Of a stretch of 64,000 bases of DNA, positions 23,961 to 34,582 are shown piece after piece. Below the pieces are notes generated by a model. The model was not told where the DNA came from. It ran no database searches and saw only the letters and a list, made by a program, of their open reading frames with translations. Each line of letters begins with the position of its first letter. Within the stretch, counting starts at the first letter, position 1. Both the position numbers and the translations under genes were made by a program. Source of the DNA: Vicugna vicugna (taxonomy: Eukaryota); the NCBI GenBank assembly GCA_013265495.1, contig MU058478.1, positions 452,032 through 516,031 of the forward strand, in the 5' to 3' direction.

Positions 23961-26491
23961 AGTAAGAATGTTTGGGTAACCTTTCTGGAACAATGAACAA
24001 GACATATAATGAGATGGAACATGGCTGCTCACTGCAGAGTCTGTAAAAGCTGGACAAAACTAGCTCTTGACTTCACTTAGTTATTTGGCAATTATCTCAA
24101 CGTGCCTAGAAATGAAAACCCAACATCTGGCTGTTTGAAACCCAGAGAACCTGTGCTCATGTCTGGCTTCTTACCAGGCTCTTGCCTAAAATGGTCCAAG
24201 AGAAGACAAAATGACCATTTGAAATGCATACATCATCATGACGTCGAGTGTCTTTTCGAGTATTTACTTTGAGCCAGGCTTTGTTCTAAGCCCTTTACTG
24301 CACTTCCGTTTCCAAGCCCACAATGAGGCATTCACTTCTTAGATCACCTTTTTAATATTTTGACATAGATGGAAGTTCTCAAGACAGATTCCAACTTCTT
24401 CAGTAAAAACGAGAACTATTCTGCTCAGAGCACTTGCCAAAATATGCCAAATATTTATATGTTTGGATAGAATGCCAGAAGAATTGGTAAACAAATAGGG
24501 ACTTTTTTCTTCACAAAGGTCTTTTTTTTTTTTTTTTTTGGTACCTTACTCCTAAGCTTAAGCTTTACATTTTCACATTTCCAGAATCCTGGAGTAACGA
24601 GGTACAGAATTTTTTTTTTAATTAAAACCATCATAAGCTATCTTGTGACAAGCATTATCACACATCATTAAACTCCTCCTGGGTGAAGCTGGCTTTACAA
24701 ATTGGAGTATATATATATATACCCCATGGCTTCACTCGCAAAATATTTGTTCAAAGAAAATAAGTTGTTAGTAAATATGCCAAGACAGAGACACAGAATA
24801 CGCTCGTCAGTAAAAGAAAACAGTTTATATAAATTTTGCCATGATTTGAGGCAGGTTCTCAAATAGTCCCCCCCCCAAAACGTGAATATTTATCACACGA
24901 AGAATCAATGTCTTTAAGAGTCAACTGTGATGGGAGAGTCACCAGCTTGAAATGTTTTAGATGAAGACTGTTGCTCTCTGGAGGAATTCCAGTCTCAAAT
25001 CAGTATGATGTGTCTTCAGGAGAGATGTATCTGCCTCAAATATGTCCCAAGTTGCCCCATATTTTAACCTGTATGGCACCAGGCTTCCATAGTCCCTCGG
25101 TAACTTTTGCCTACAAGGATCATAAAGACCATATTTCTTATTAATTCCAACTTCTGTGGTTCACCTCCTACACTAAAGGCTACTTCATTTAAAAGATTCA
25201 GGCTTGTTAATTGTAGAATGGAGGTACCACATATTCTGCCAAGTTTATTTTTTCTGGATTCTTGAACATTGGATGTTCAAGATTGGCAATTTAAAAATCA
25301 GTATGGGTTTAGGAATGTTAACCAAATGAACACCACACTCCTGTTCACACCCTGCCTTTAATGAGTCTTTTTTTGTTTTATTTTCTACAAGACTGAGCAT
25401 TATAATTATTTATGCCCCAATTAGTCAGATAAAGCAAATTGCTTTTGTTCTATGAGGTTATGTGCTCAATTCTGCTGGCATCTCTAATATATCACGCACC
25501 TGGTGTTGAACTGATGCAAAATAAAAGGCGACCACATTTCCTACCCCACTGTTTCCTGAGGTCCTCTTTACTTTTAAAATTTACTGTTTACTCTTTTTCT
25601 CAAGATACCCGGCTAACATCCGCCTCCTGTGGAAAGCCCACTGTTTTGAAAGCCACCGATTTTGCAAGCCACAGATTTTGCCTTGTTTCAGAGCCTTTTA
25701 CCGACTTCCTAAAGTGATCATGATAAACACAAAAGAGTGGAATATTTTTTGATAAGCAATGAACATACGCACGTACCTGACACCCATCCACTGTGACGGG
25801 ACACTGGAAGGTTCTGGAGAATTTGTCCCTGACTTTCAAATATTTATAATTCATAAAGGACCCTATTTTTTTTCAATATAGCATTATGGCTGCAACCATT
25901 CACTTTCATCCAGAATTTATAAAGAGCCAAGAGTTTCATTAATCTAGACTGACCTGACCTCCAACACAATCAAGTAATGGCTTCTGTACAATTTTTAATT
26001 AAAAATAAGAAAGTGTAACATTTATTATTTATTCTTTCCTGCTTAATTCTTCTTTAGATAATCAATCAGGAAAAAAAAAGGCCCTTATTTCTAGATTTTT
26101 CATCTTGAAATAAAGCAAATGCACATTTTTTTCAAGACATTGTCTTAATATTTAGGTCATGGGTCCATTCTGGTACAAGGCACAAGGAAGACAATTTAGA
26201 GGAAACTGGCACCTATTTGACTTCAGCCATCACTTTACTAATTGAGCCAGGGGACTCATAGGGCTATATTCTACAGTTAATAGTCTCTTTTTACTCAACT
26301 GTTAATGAAAAATAAATGTCCCTTTCCTGGTATGAGCCATAAACCTTCAAGAGCGAAAGTGTTCTTACTGGATAGAACAGAAAGAGTATTTTGACTCCTT
26401 TCAAAATTGGTAAATCTCAAATCACCATGCCTAGTCTCATGCTGAGCTCATGTCTAAGTGACTTTCGTCACAATCTTGTGCACACTTGAAT

Positions 26492-26514
26492 GCACACACA
26501 CACACACACACACA
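26492..26514 (+). repeat. (CA)n microsatellite
   Basis: Seen directly. Confidence 0.9.
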
Positions 26515-26856
26515 TAAAGTGTCTCCAACCAAAGATTTCAGCCGCCGCTATTTCTGGCTGTGATATTTCATTTTGCAGGAACCTGACTTTCTTTTCACTC
26601 AACCCATTGGGGCTTTTTCTCTCACTATCACTCGAGGAGTTTGACCAAAGTGTGAAGCACCCCCTGAGAACATCTTCTCTTCTTTTGGTTGGAAGATAGA
26701 GCTTTTATTCTGTGACCGTTGCAACATATTTGAAATAAAGGTTAAAATTCAGAAGCTATACAAATCACCCACATATTAGGGTCATGAGGGGGGGCTTTTA
26801 AGACAGCCCCATTGGGAGGTGCCCTGGATGATGCTGATGGAATAGATGTGGGTTGG

Positions 26857-27209
26857 TGTGTTAGTCTGTGTCTCCAGAGAAACAGAACCAGTGGGACACG
26901 TACACACATAGAGAAAGAGATTTGTGATAAGAAGTTGAGTTGCACGATAATGAAAGCTAACAAGTTCCAAATCTATACTTTGGGCGGGCAGGCTGGGGGT
27001 CCCGGAAAGACAAGGATGCAGCTGAAGTCTGACGGCGGTCCGCTGCAGAATTCCCTCTTGCTTTGGTAGGCTGGTCTTTTTAATCCACTCAAGACTTTCA
27101 GCTGATTGGATGAGGCAGCCACAATCTGCTTATTCAAAAATTCACCAGCTGAAACGTGCATCTCATCCAAAAACACCCTCCAAACTGACACATACAATGA
27201 GCACTCACA
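26857..27209 (-). mobile_element. MLT2-type LTR (3' LTR of an ERV-L)
   Basis: ctccagagaaacagaaccagt, ctgattggatgaggc, catccaaaaacaccctc; the adjacent 'agtccacgcct' is the complement of an ERVL polypurine-tract-like sequence. Confidence 0.88.
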
Positions 27210-27795
27210 AGTCCACGCCTTCTGCACTTGGCATCTGTACGAATCACCTTACACGATGCTCAGTTTCCAAATGGAGACAGTAAAAACCATCATGATACAA
27301 GTATCCAGCAGACAAGTGAAAAAAAAAAAAAACATTACGTGCCTCCCAGGGAAGGGTTCAGAGTCCTTGACTGACATTTAGTCTTCACAAATATCTTCAC
27401 ATTTTCCCCCGTTCAGAGACGTCTGTCCAAGCACCTCTCACCCAAATTTTCACGTCCTCAACTTCTCAATTGTATTTCTTCCGAATCCCTGGCCATGCAG
27501 CCAAGCCGTTCCCAGCCAGCCTTGAATAGGTATACAATCACAGATCTGGTCCGTCGGTCCACCTGGGCAAAGGAAACAGCCAGGTGCACTGCCTGAAGCT
27601 CTTCCCAGTGGGAGGAATTCCCTTCTCTGCTGTCCTCAGGGATGCCCCCCTTTGGGGGGGGGTGCAGTACATAGCGCCCGGCTGCCTGCTTGCAGGCGAT
27701 GCATGCATACCATGCAGACTCACATTTAAACAAGGTCCCAGACTTCCTCTTCCTCTGCCAGTTGACCATAAGGATCTCCACACGAAGCCATAGAT
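27210..27795 (-). pseudogene. ERV-L internal remnant with a decayed pol RNase H segment
   Basis: Minus ORF 27458-27805 contains EDSREGNSSHWEELQAVHLAVSFA, resembling the ERV-L RNase H motif KDSGEGKSSQWAELRAVHLVVHFA; frameshifted and deleted. Confidence 0.85.
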
Positions 27796-27796
27796 G

Positions 27797-27982
27797 CATG
27801 CTCACGTGGCAGAAGGGGCCAGCTCTCCAGGGCTTCTGTTAGGAGGCCATTAATCCCATTCACGAAAGCTCTGCTCTCATGACCCCATCACCTGCTCTAA
27901 TAACATCACTTTGGGGTGCGGGGGGTGTGTGAAGATTTCAACATACGTATCTGGCAGGGACACAAACATTCAGATCATAGCA
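27797..27982 (-). mobile_element. MaLR LTR fragment (MST/MLT1A-like)
   Basis: ctcacgtggcagaaggg..taatcccattcacga..ctctgctctcatgacc..gggacacaaacattcagatcatagca. Confidence 0.85.
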
Positions 27983-29074
27983 TTTTGTTATACCCCGGAC
28001 CCAAAGGAAAATTTTTTTAAAAACTGTGCATTAAAATGTAGATTAAATGAACCCCTTAACCATTGGGAAATTCTGCTGTTAAGAGAAATGAATGCATATT
28101 TGAAAAGATTGAAAGAGAAGAGGATGAAATTAAACCAACCAAGCAAACAGACCCAAACTGGCTGGCTTTGCTTTAAAGGATGCTGGATATGAAATGAAGC
28201 TGTTGGATATAATGAGAAATCTAATCCTTGTCCTGTTCCCGAGGTAGGAGTTTGTTTTCCAATCTGCATCGCTCATGACCAAGAGGGAGGCTCCACGATT
28301 GGCACTCCCGTTACTACTGCCTCATTTGTAAGCTCAGAGCTCCCCTAATCACAACACCATTTCTCTCCTCCCGCCCTCCCATCAGTTATCCTTGCTCATG
28401 AAGATTCAGCGCTGGGGCCAGTGACTTCCTCTGCAGCCCCAAATCTAAGCCTTTGCCGTCTTTCTGGAAACAAGGGCTTGGAAGGCAGAGGGAAAGGACT
28501 CTTGGGTCCAAGAGGAGACAAATGTGTCAGCCAGGTCTACCGGGGTGAAAAGCGCGGGTGTGCACATGAATGAAGATTTACATATGAACCCAGTTGGGTG
28601 TGGTTTCGTGGGGCTGAGTCCTTGCCTGCAGTTCCTTCCAGAAATGCACCTGCTGTCACCAAACCTGGTGGGGGGGAGACAGCCTCCCCAGGGAACCTGC
28701 AAAGCAAAGCCTTGTAGATTATCTGTGGTCAGACCTGGAAGATCGCACATAGTCTTTGGTCTGGAGCCAACTTCTCAGTCACCAAGCAGCCGTCTGAGCA
28801 CATGAGCTTTATCCTTCCCTCCATTTCTTTCCCCTCCATTCTCTACCCCTAACTGATCCCACACATGGTCAGTGCTTCCCTCCTAAATAGGTCCTGACTC
28901 CACCCACTCCTTCCACCCACAGCCCACCCCCTGGACCAGGGCTGCTGTCACTCACCTGGGTGCCTGCAGGAGATGCCATCAGGTGAGGCTCCCTGAGGTC
29001 TGCCCTTCCTGGTCCAGGCAGGCGCGCCTCCCACTGGACCCGATTCTCAGTTCTCAACTCCTTTCAGGATGAAG

Positions 29075-29442
29075 TCAAATGTAATATGATATCACTGATA
29101 TGTGGGACCTGACAAAAGGAGGCAAATGAATTTATTTATGAAACAGAAACAGACTCATAGACAGAAAATAAACTTACAGTTACCAAAGGAGGAGGGGGGG
29201 TAAATTAGAAGTTTGAGATTGACAGATACAAACTACTGTATATAAAACAGGTAAACAACAAAAACCTACTGTACAGCACAGGTCATTATATTCAACAGCT
29301 TGCAATAGCTTATAATGGAAAAGAATCTGAAATTATATATATATGTGTATATATATAACTGAACTGCTTTGCTGTACACCTGAAACTAACATTGTAAATT
29401 AACTACACTTCAATAAAGAAAAAAGTGAAAAGAAAAAAAAAA
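29075..29442 (+). mobile_element. Artiodactyl-type L1 3' end
   Basis: gaaacagaaacagactcatagac..gctgtacacctgaaactaac..attgtaaattaactacacttcaataaa plus poly-A. Confidence 0.9.
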
Positions 29443-29879
29443 NNNNNNNNNNNNNNNNNNNNNNNNNNNNNNNNNNNNNNNNNNNNNNNNNNNNNNNNNN
29501 NNNNNNNNNNNNNNNNNNNNNNNNNNNNNNNNNNNNNNNNNNNNNNNNNNNNNNNNNNNNNNNNNNNNNNNNNNNNNNNNNNNNNNNNNNNNNNNNNNNN
29601 NNNNNNNNNNNNNNNNNNNNNNNNNNNNNNNNNNNNNNNNNNNNNNNNNNNNNNNNNNNNNNNNNNNNNNNNNNNNNNNNNNNNNNNNNNNNNNNNNNNN
29701 NNNNNNNNNNNNNNNNNNNNNNNNNNNNNNNNNNNNNNNNNNNNNNNNNNNNNNNNNNNNNNNNNNNNNNNNNNNNNNNNNNNNNNNNNNNNNNNNNNNN
29801 NNNNNNNNNNNNNNNNNNNNNNNNNNNNNNNNNNNNNNNNNNNNNNNNNNNNNNNNNNNNNNNNNNNNNNNNNNNNNNN
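29443..29879. other. Assembly gap (N run)
   Basis: 437 N. Confidence 1.
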
Positions 29880-29980
29880 TATGTGTGTGTGTGTGTATAG
29901 CATAACTGAATGACTATCTTGTACAGCACATTGTAAATCAAATATACTTCAATTTTTTTTAAAAAAAAAAGAAAGAAGAA
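29880..29980 (+). mobile_element. L1 3' terminus right of the gap
   Basis: ataactgaatgact..acattgtaaatcaaatatacttcaat plus an A tail. Confidence 0.8.
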
Positions 29981-31682
29981 AACTCTCCTCACTGTTTTAA
30001 GCAACTTCCTTCTGCAGCCCTCCTTTTTCTGTAACATAATTTTAACGCAGCCCTGAGCCTCCTCTCACCTGCGTGGGAGCTACAAGCATCTTGAAAGAGC
30101 CGCATTTCCTGTCATTTCCAGGATTTCACATCACTGCTTTCTCTGCCTGGAAGCAACACGTTCTCATTCTCCACCCTCCGAGGTCCACACCCACTCTGTC
30201 TGGGTCACTTGCTTCCATTCACTTCAAATTTCAATGTCCGGTGTATTTCCCTGAAAGTGTTAAAAAAAAAAACGGTGCCAACTAACCACGCCAGGGTGAG
30301 CTGTTTCTCAAGGAGCGTGTTGCAGTGTCTTGACTGTTGATTCATTTATCTATGGTTCTTACTGGACATGGTCGTGTTGAAGGGTCATTGAGCAGATGCC
30401 ATTAACAATGCCTAATTGTGCCTTAGCTTTCAAAAACGCAGGTAAAGATGAATGAGAAATGACATTTACTTCATAAAATAGAAACACAAAGAACAGCACT
30501 TCGAGGCAGAGTGTTTATGAATCAGGCAGTTTCCAAATTGTCATTTCCCTGTAATCAGAGTTTATCTACCAAGCATGGCAGCGGACGCTTGAATTCCCTC
30601 CATAAAAAGACAAGTCGTTTTGTTGAAGTTTGAAGGATTTCAGAAAGTTACTCGAATGAAAAACAAGGTTTCTTATTTTTCATCTCCAACTCCCTTAAAC
30701 AGAAGTGAAAAATGATGTGTCCCTCAGAGATACGGACATGCTGCTTTCAGGCTCGATGCCTCCCAGGGAAGGAGGAAAAAAAAAAAAGAAGTCTTAAAAT
30801 CTGCTTTTTTTAAGTCACTAAGCAGTGTGCTAAAAGTGGGTAGTTATCAGAATGTGAGAAAGCAGAATATATATGTATAGATCGGTACTTTACAGCGACA
30901 GAAGAGCCACGAGACATGTAACTGAGAAAAAAGTGTAGGTTTCCAAGGCACACTCAGTGAAAATACATGGAAAACAGCCCGGGCGCCCACAGCCCAAACC
31001 AAACAGCATCTGCACATTTTACCTACAGAGAAACTCTGGAGGCCAGGATTAAGCCCGCAGAAGTCCGATGCAATGCTTTGCCCGCAACACGTCTCATGGA
31101 GGGCGCTAAGATTTTCCTGGCCCCCTATAACATCAACTTTCCACCCAGAGTCAAGTTAAAAAAATATTTTGAAATTTAGTGCATTAAGCAGATTCATAGT
31201 TTCATCTCATGAGGCTGCTTCACAAAACTGGTAAATAAATATCGTGTTCCCAGACCCAGGCGTCCGGCGTAGACTTGGAAACTTACTATTTAGATGCAGG
31301 ACAAATTCTGCAGCCGTGTGGCTTCAGGGCTGCGGAGTTGGACGCAAAGTGTTTAAATCTTCAGGGCCCCTCATATCTTAAAAAGAAAATTTTGGTTTGG
31401 GAGAAAATTTCTAAAAAAAATCTAAAGTGGATTCTGGGATTTATAACGCCTAACAACACTGTCATTGGAATTATATTTAAGTGCGTTTGAAAATCACACC
31501 TTTCTACGGTTTTGTTTGTAAATTTCCTACATCTCAGAGTTGGGAGCGTCAGTGAACTTCATCTCGTCCAAACACTCATTCCGTGTTTGAGCGCAGCCGA
31601 CATCATCTCTGGCAATGGCCGGCTGGGCAGAGAATTTGCATGTACCATCACCTCCCTTGCAAAGGAGCTGTGGTTCCTCAGG

Positions 31683-31874
31683 CAGGTGGCTCTCAATCTC
31701 CAGTGCTCATCAAGGCATGTGTGAAACAGAGTCAACATACAGAAGCCCCGATTCCACCCCAAACCCGATGGACACCCAGAGAATCCCTAAGAGAGGCGCC
31801 CAGCCCAAGTCTTTCTGCGTGAACCCCCGTCTCTGATTCTGACGCACGGCGATCCAGTGATTGTGAACCACTGT
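31683..31874. mobile_element. MER5A-like hAT-Charlie MITE, degenerate
   Basis: Imperfect TIRs caggtggctctcaa ... gtgaaccactg, about 190 bp long. Confidence 0.55.
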
Positions 31875-31925
31875 GCATCACTGCAGGCACGTCACAGTAG
31901 TCTACACGGCGCGCGGGCGTGGTTG

Positions 31926-32457
31926 TGTTACTGAACTCAGGTTCCGCTGCTCGACACCCGAAAGAGAGACAAGAGTTAGCTGCAAAGGAAAGGATGTTTA
32001 TTTAGGGGACTGGAAACCTGGGGAGATGGCAGACTCTTGTCCAAAAACCAACTCCAAAGATTTCTGCTTGATCATGAAATTTTGGGGCAGAGTCTGTTCT
32101 CTTCCACTGTATGCGGATGTTCTTCTGGCTGGTTGGAGGTGAGGTGAGAGGGTGGTGCCCCAGAAATCTTGTCCTGCCCCTGCATGGTGCCTCAATTCCT
32201 GCAGGAGACCTTAAAGACATTCTTGAATATATTCCTTGAGGAGAAACCAGGACCCTCTTACGTCCCTGCACTGTTTCTTGACTGCTCCTCCTTTGTTTCT
32301 GCAGTCCTTCTATTTCTGATTAGCAGTTGTTTGAATCTGCTCTTTGGGACTCAGAGAAGGTCTAGGAGGTTGAAGCCCTTTTCCTACAAACAAGAAACAG
32401 TGGATGTAGGAAGGATGTGCACCTGGGAGGTCCTCACAGACTCCTGCCCAGATTCCA
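31926..32457 (-). mobile_element. Solo ERV1 LTR (MER41-like)
   Basis: Starts tgttactgaactcaggttccgc and ends ca; contains ctcctcctttgtttctgca, gtttgaatctgc and cctacaaacaagaaa; minus-strand AATAAA near 31995. Confidence 0.8.
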
Positions 32458-33164
32458 TTACAGTTTTGTTTGTTTCAAGGAGGCTGACGGAGTTTTCACT
32501 TCCACAACATAAGCTCTTGGACACTTAAGAGATCTTTGCTGATCTTAAAAGGACCAAGATGCTGCATTTCTGACAGCCCTGGTCCTTCTAGTTCCGGTCT
32601 GATCACCTTAATGCCAGAGGCAGGGGTTAGAGTGGTTTCATTCACTATGAAAATGTGAGACATTGAATTATGCTTCACAGAAATATGGATGGAGCCCCTA
32701 AAGAGTCAGGAATGAGGCAGGTTGTGGACAGAACACTTTTGGAGTTGGTGTATGTTTATCCATTCACACAGTTCTTAATGAGGATCAAGAAAGTGTCCAG
32801 CAAGATGGGAGTCACAGTGGACACAAAAGGAACAAAGGTGGGAGTCTCCCTGCCTACAAGGAGACTAAGCCACAGTGAGGACAGGCAGCCAGTGTGCATA
32901 AACTCCTAAACAAGCCCGATGAGTTTAGGGAGTGACGGCCACCACCACTATGAGGGGAGGAACCGGCGTGGCCGAGGGTGACCGGGTGAGGTCACAGGAC
33001 CTTTGTTGGCTGGAGCCCTCAGGAAATTCTGTGCAGTGGAGATGGTAAAGGCTCAAGGTGCCGTGGGAAGGGTGTTGGAGCAGAAAGAACAGTCAATCAG
33101 AAAGAAGATCAGAGTAGTTGAGAAGGGTATGAAAAAGGGAGACTGGCAGGAGATGAGGTCAGAG

Positions 33165-33813
33165 TGATGCAGGGAGGAAAATGAAGGTGGGGCATGAGGA
33201 GGGGCCCTGGGACGTGCCCTGCCAGGTGTGGGTCCTTGGCTTCATGCAGGGAAGAATTCAAGAGTGAGCCACAGTTGGGTAAAGGTAGATTTATTTAGAG
33301 AGATATCATACTTCATAGACAGAACGCAGGCTGTCTCAGAAGGCAAGAGAAAGGCCACGAGGTGTGGGGTTGGGTGCTCAGGTTCGAGTAAAAGTAGGTT
33401 CACACTCCATAGACAGAGGGCAGGTCATCTTGGAAGATGAAGGAGGGAGAGAGGCTGGCGACAACGTATGGTGTTACTAGTTTTTTACGGGCTTGGTGGC
33501 TTCATACACTAACAAGTGGAAGGACCATTCCAACCACCCTGGGGAAGGGGCTGGGATTCCCAGGAGTCGGGCCACTGCCCACTCTTTGACCTTCTATGGT
33601 CAGACTCAAAGCTGTGATGGCACCCTTGGCGGGGGGGCATTTACCATGCCAATATTACAGTAAGTGTACAATGGAGCTCAAGGTCTACTGGAAGTCAAAT
33701 CTCCCGTCATCTTGAGCCTCAAATCCTACTGAGGATTGGATCTTCCATTTCGGTGTTAACTGCTGTGTCATTCCTTGAATGCCTGTGCCCTGCCCCACGT
33801 CCCTCCTGTCTCA
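33165..33813 (-). mobile_element. Solo ERV1-type LTR with 4-bp TSD AGAG
   Basis: TG..CA termini; agag at 33161-33164 and 33814-33817; homologous in inverted orientation to 34013-34582. Confidence 0.92.
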
Positions 33814-34012
33814 AGAGCCAGGCAGAGACCAGGTCCAACAGGACATTCAAAGTGCAGAGGGAATTGCTTCACAACTCAGTGTGCATCACGCAGTTCCAGG
33901 GTGGAGAATGAATCCGAGTAGGAGACAGTGCAAGCGGAAAAACCACTTCAGTGGCTGCTTGGTAGGTCACGTGAGAAGCCACAGTGGTGCGGGCTGGTCT
34001 TGGTGTCAGCAG

Positions 34013-34582
34013 TGAGACGGGAAGGAAAGGGGCAGGGCACAGCCATCCAACGAATGACACAGCAAGTAGCACCAAGATGATGGACGTCAACTCCCAGTAG
34101 GCCTGGAAGCCCAAGATGGCGGGAGATCTGACCTCCAGTCAGATCCTTGAGCTTCATTATACACTCATTGTAATGTATTAGCGAAACATGGCACTCCCAC
34201 AGGCACCATGTCAGGTCCGAGGCTGACCATGAAAGGTCAAGAAGTGGGTATTGGCCCAATTCCCTGGGAATCCCCACCCCTTCCCCAAAGCAGTTGGAAT
34301 AGCCCTCCTACTCAATTTCATTTCACATATGAAATTACCAAGCCCATGAAAATGAACATCCCCAAGCCACGTGATCACTCCCTCTCTTGGCTTCTGAGAT
34401 GGTCTACGCTCTGTCTGTGGAGTGCGCATCCCTCCGAATAAATCGATTTTTACCCAACTATGGCTCCCTCTTGAATTCTGTCCTGCACGAAGCCAAGAAC
34501 CCACACTTGGTGGGGCCCATCCCAGGGAGTCCCCTGGGACCTGGGACACAGCCGTCCTCTTGTGTCCCATTTTCCTGTATCT
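34013..34582 (+). mobile_element. Solo ERV1-type LTR of the same family, TSD GCAG/GTAG
   Basis: Starts tgagacggg; AATAAA at about 34437; flanks gcag (34009-34012) and gtag (34583-34586). Confidence 0.9.

Noticed and set aside
25260..25282. 10-bp stem hairpin tcttgaacat-tgg-atgttcaaga
   Set aside because: About what chance would give in 64 kb, and too short for a pre-miRNA
19975..28960. Scattered strong minus-strand splice donors (near 19980, 25775 and 28955) suggesting a spliced transcript
   Set aside because: Frequency is compatible with chance, and no coherent reading frame or good acceptors were found
29399..30037. ORFs of 162-212 aa
   Set aside because: Artefacts of the second N gap
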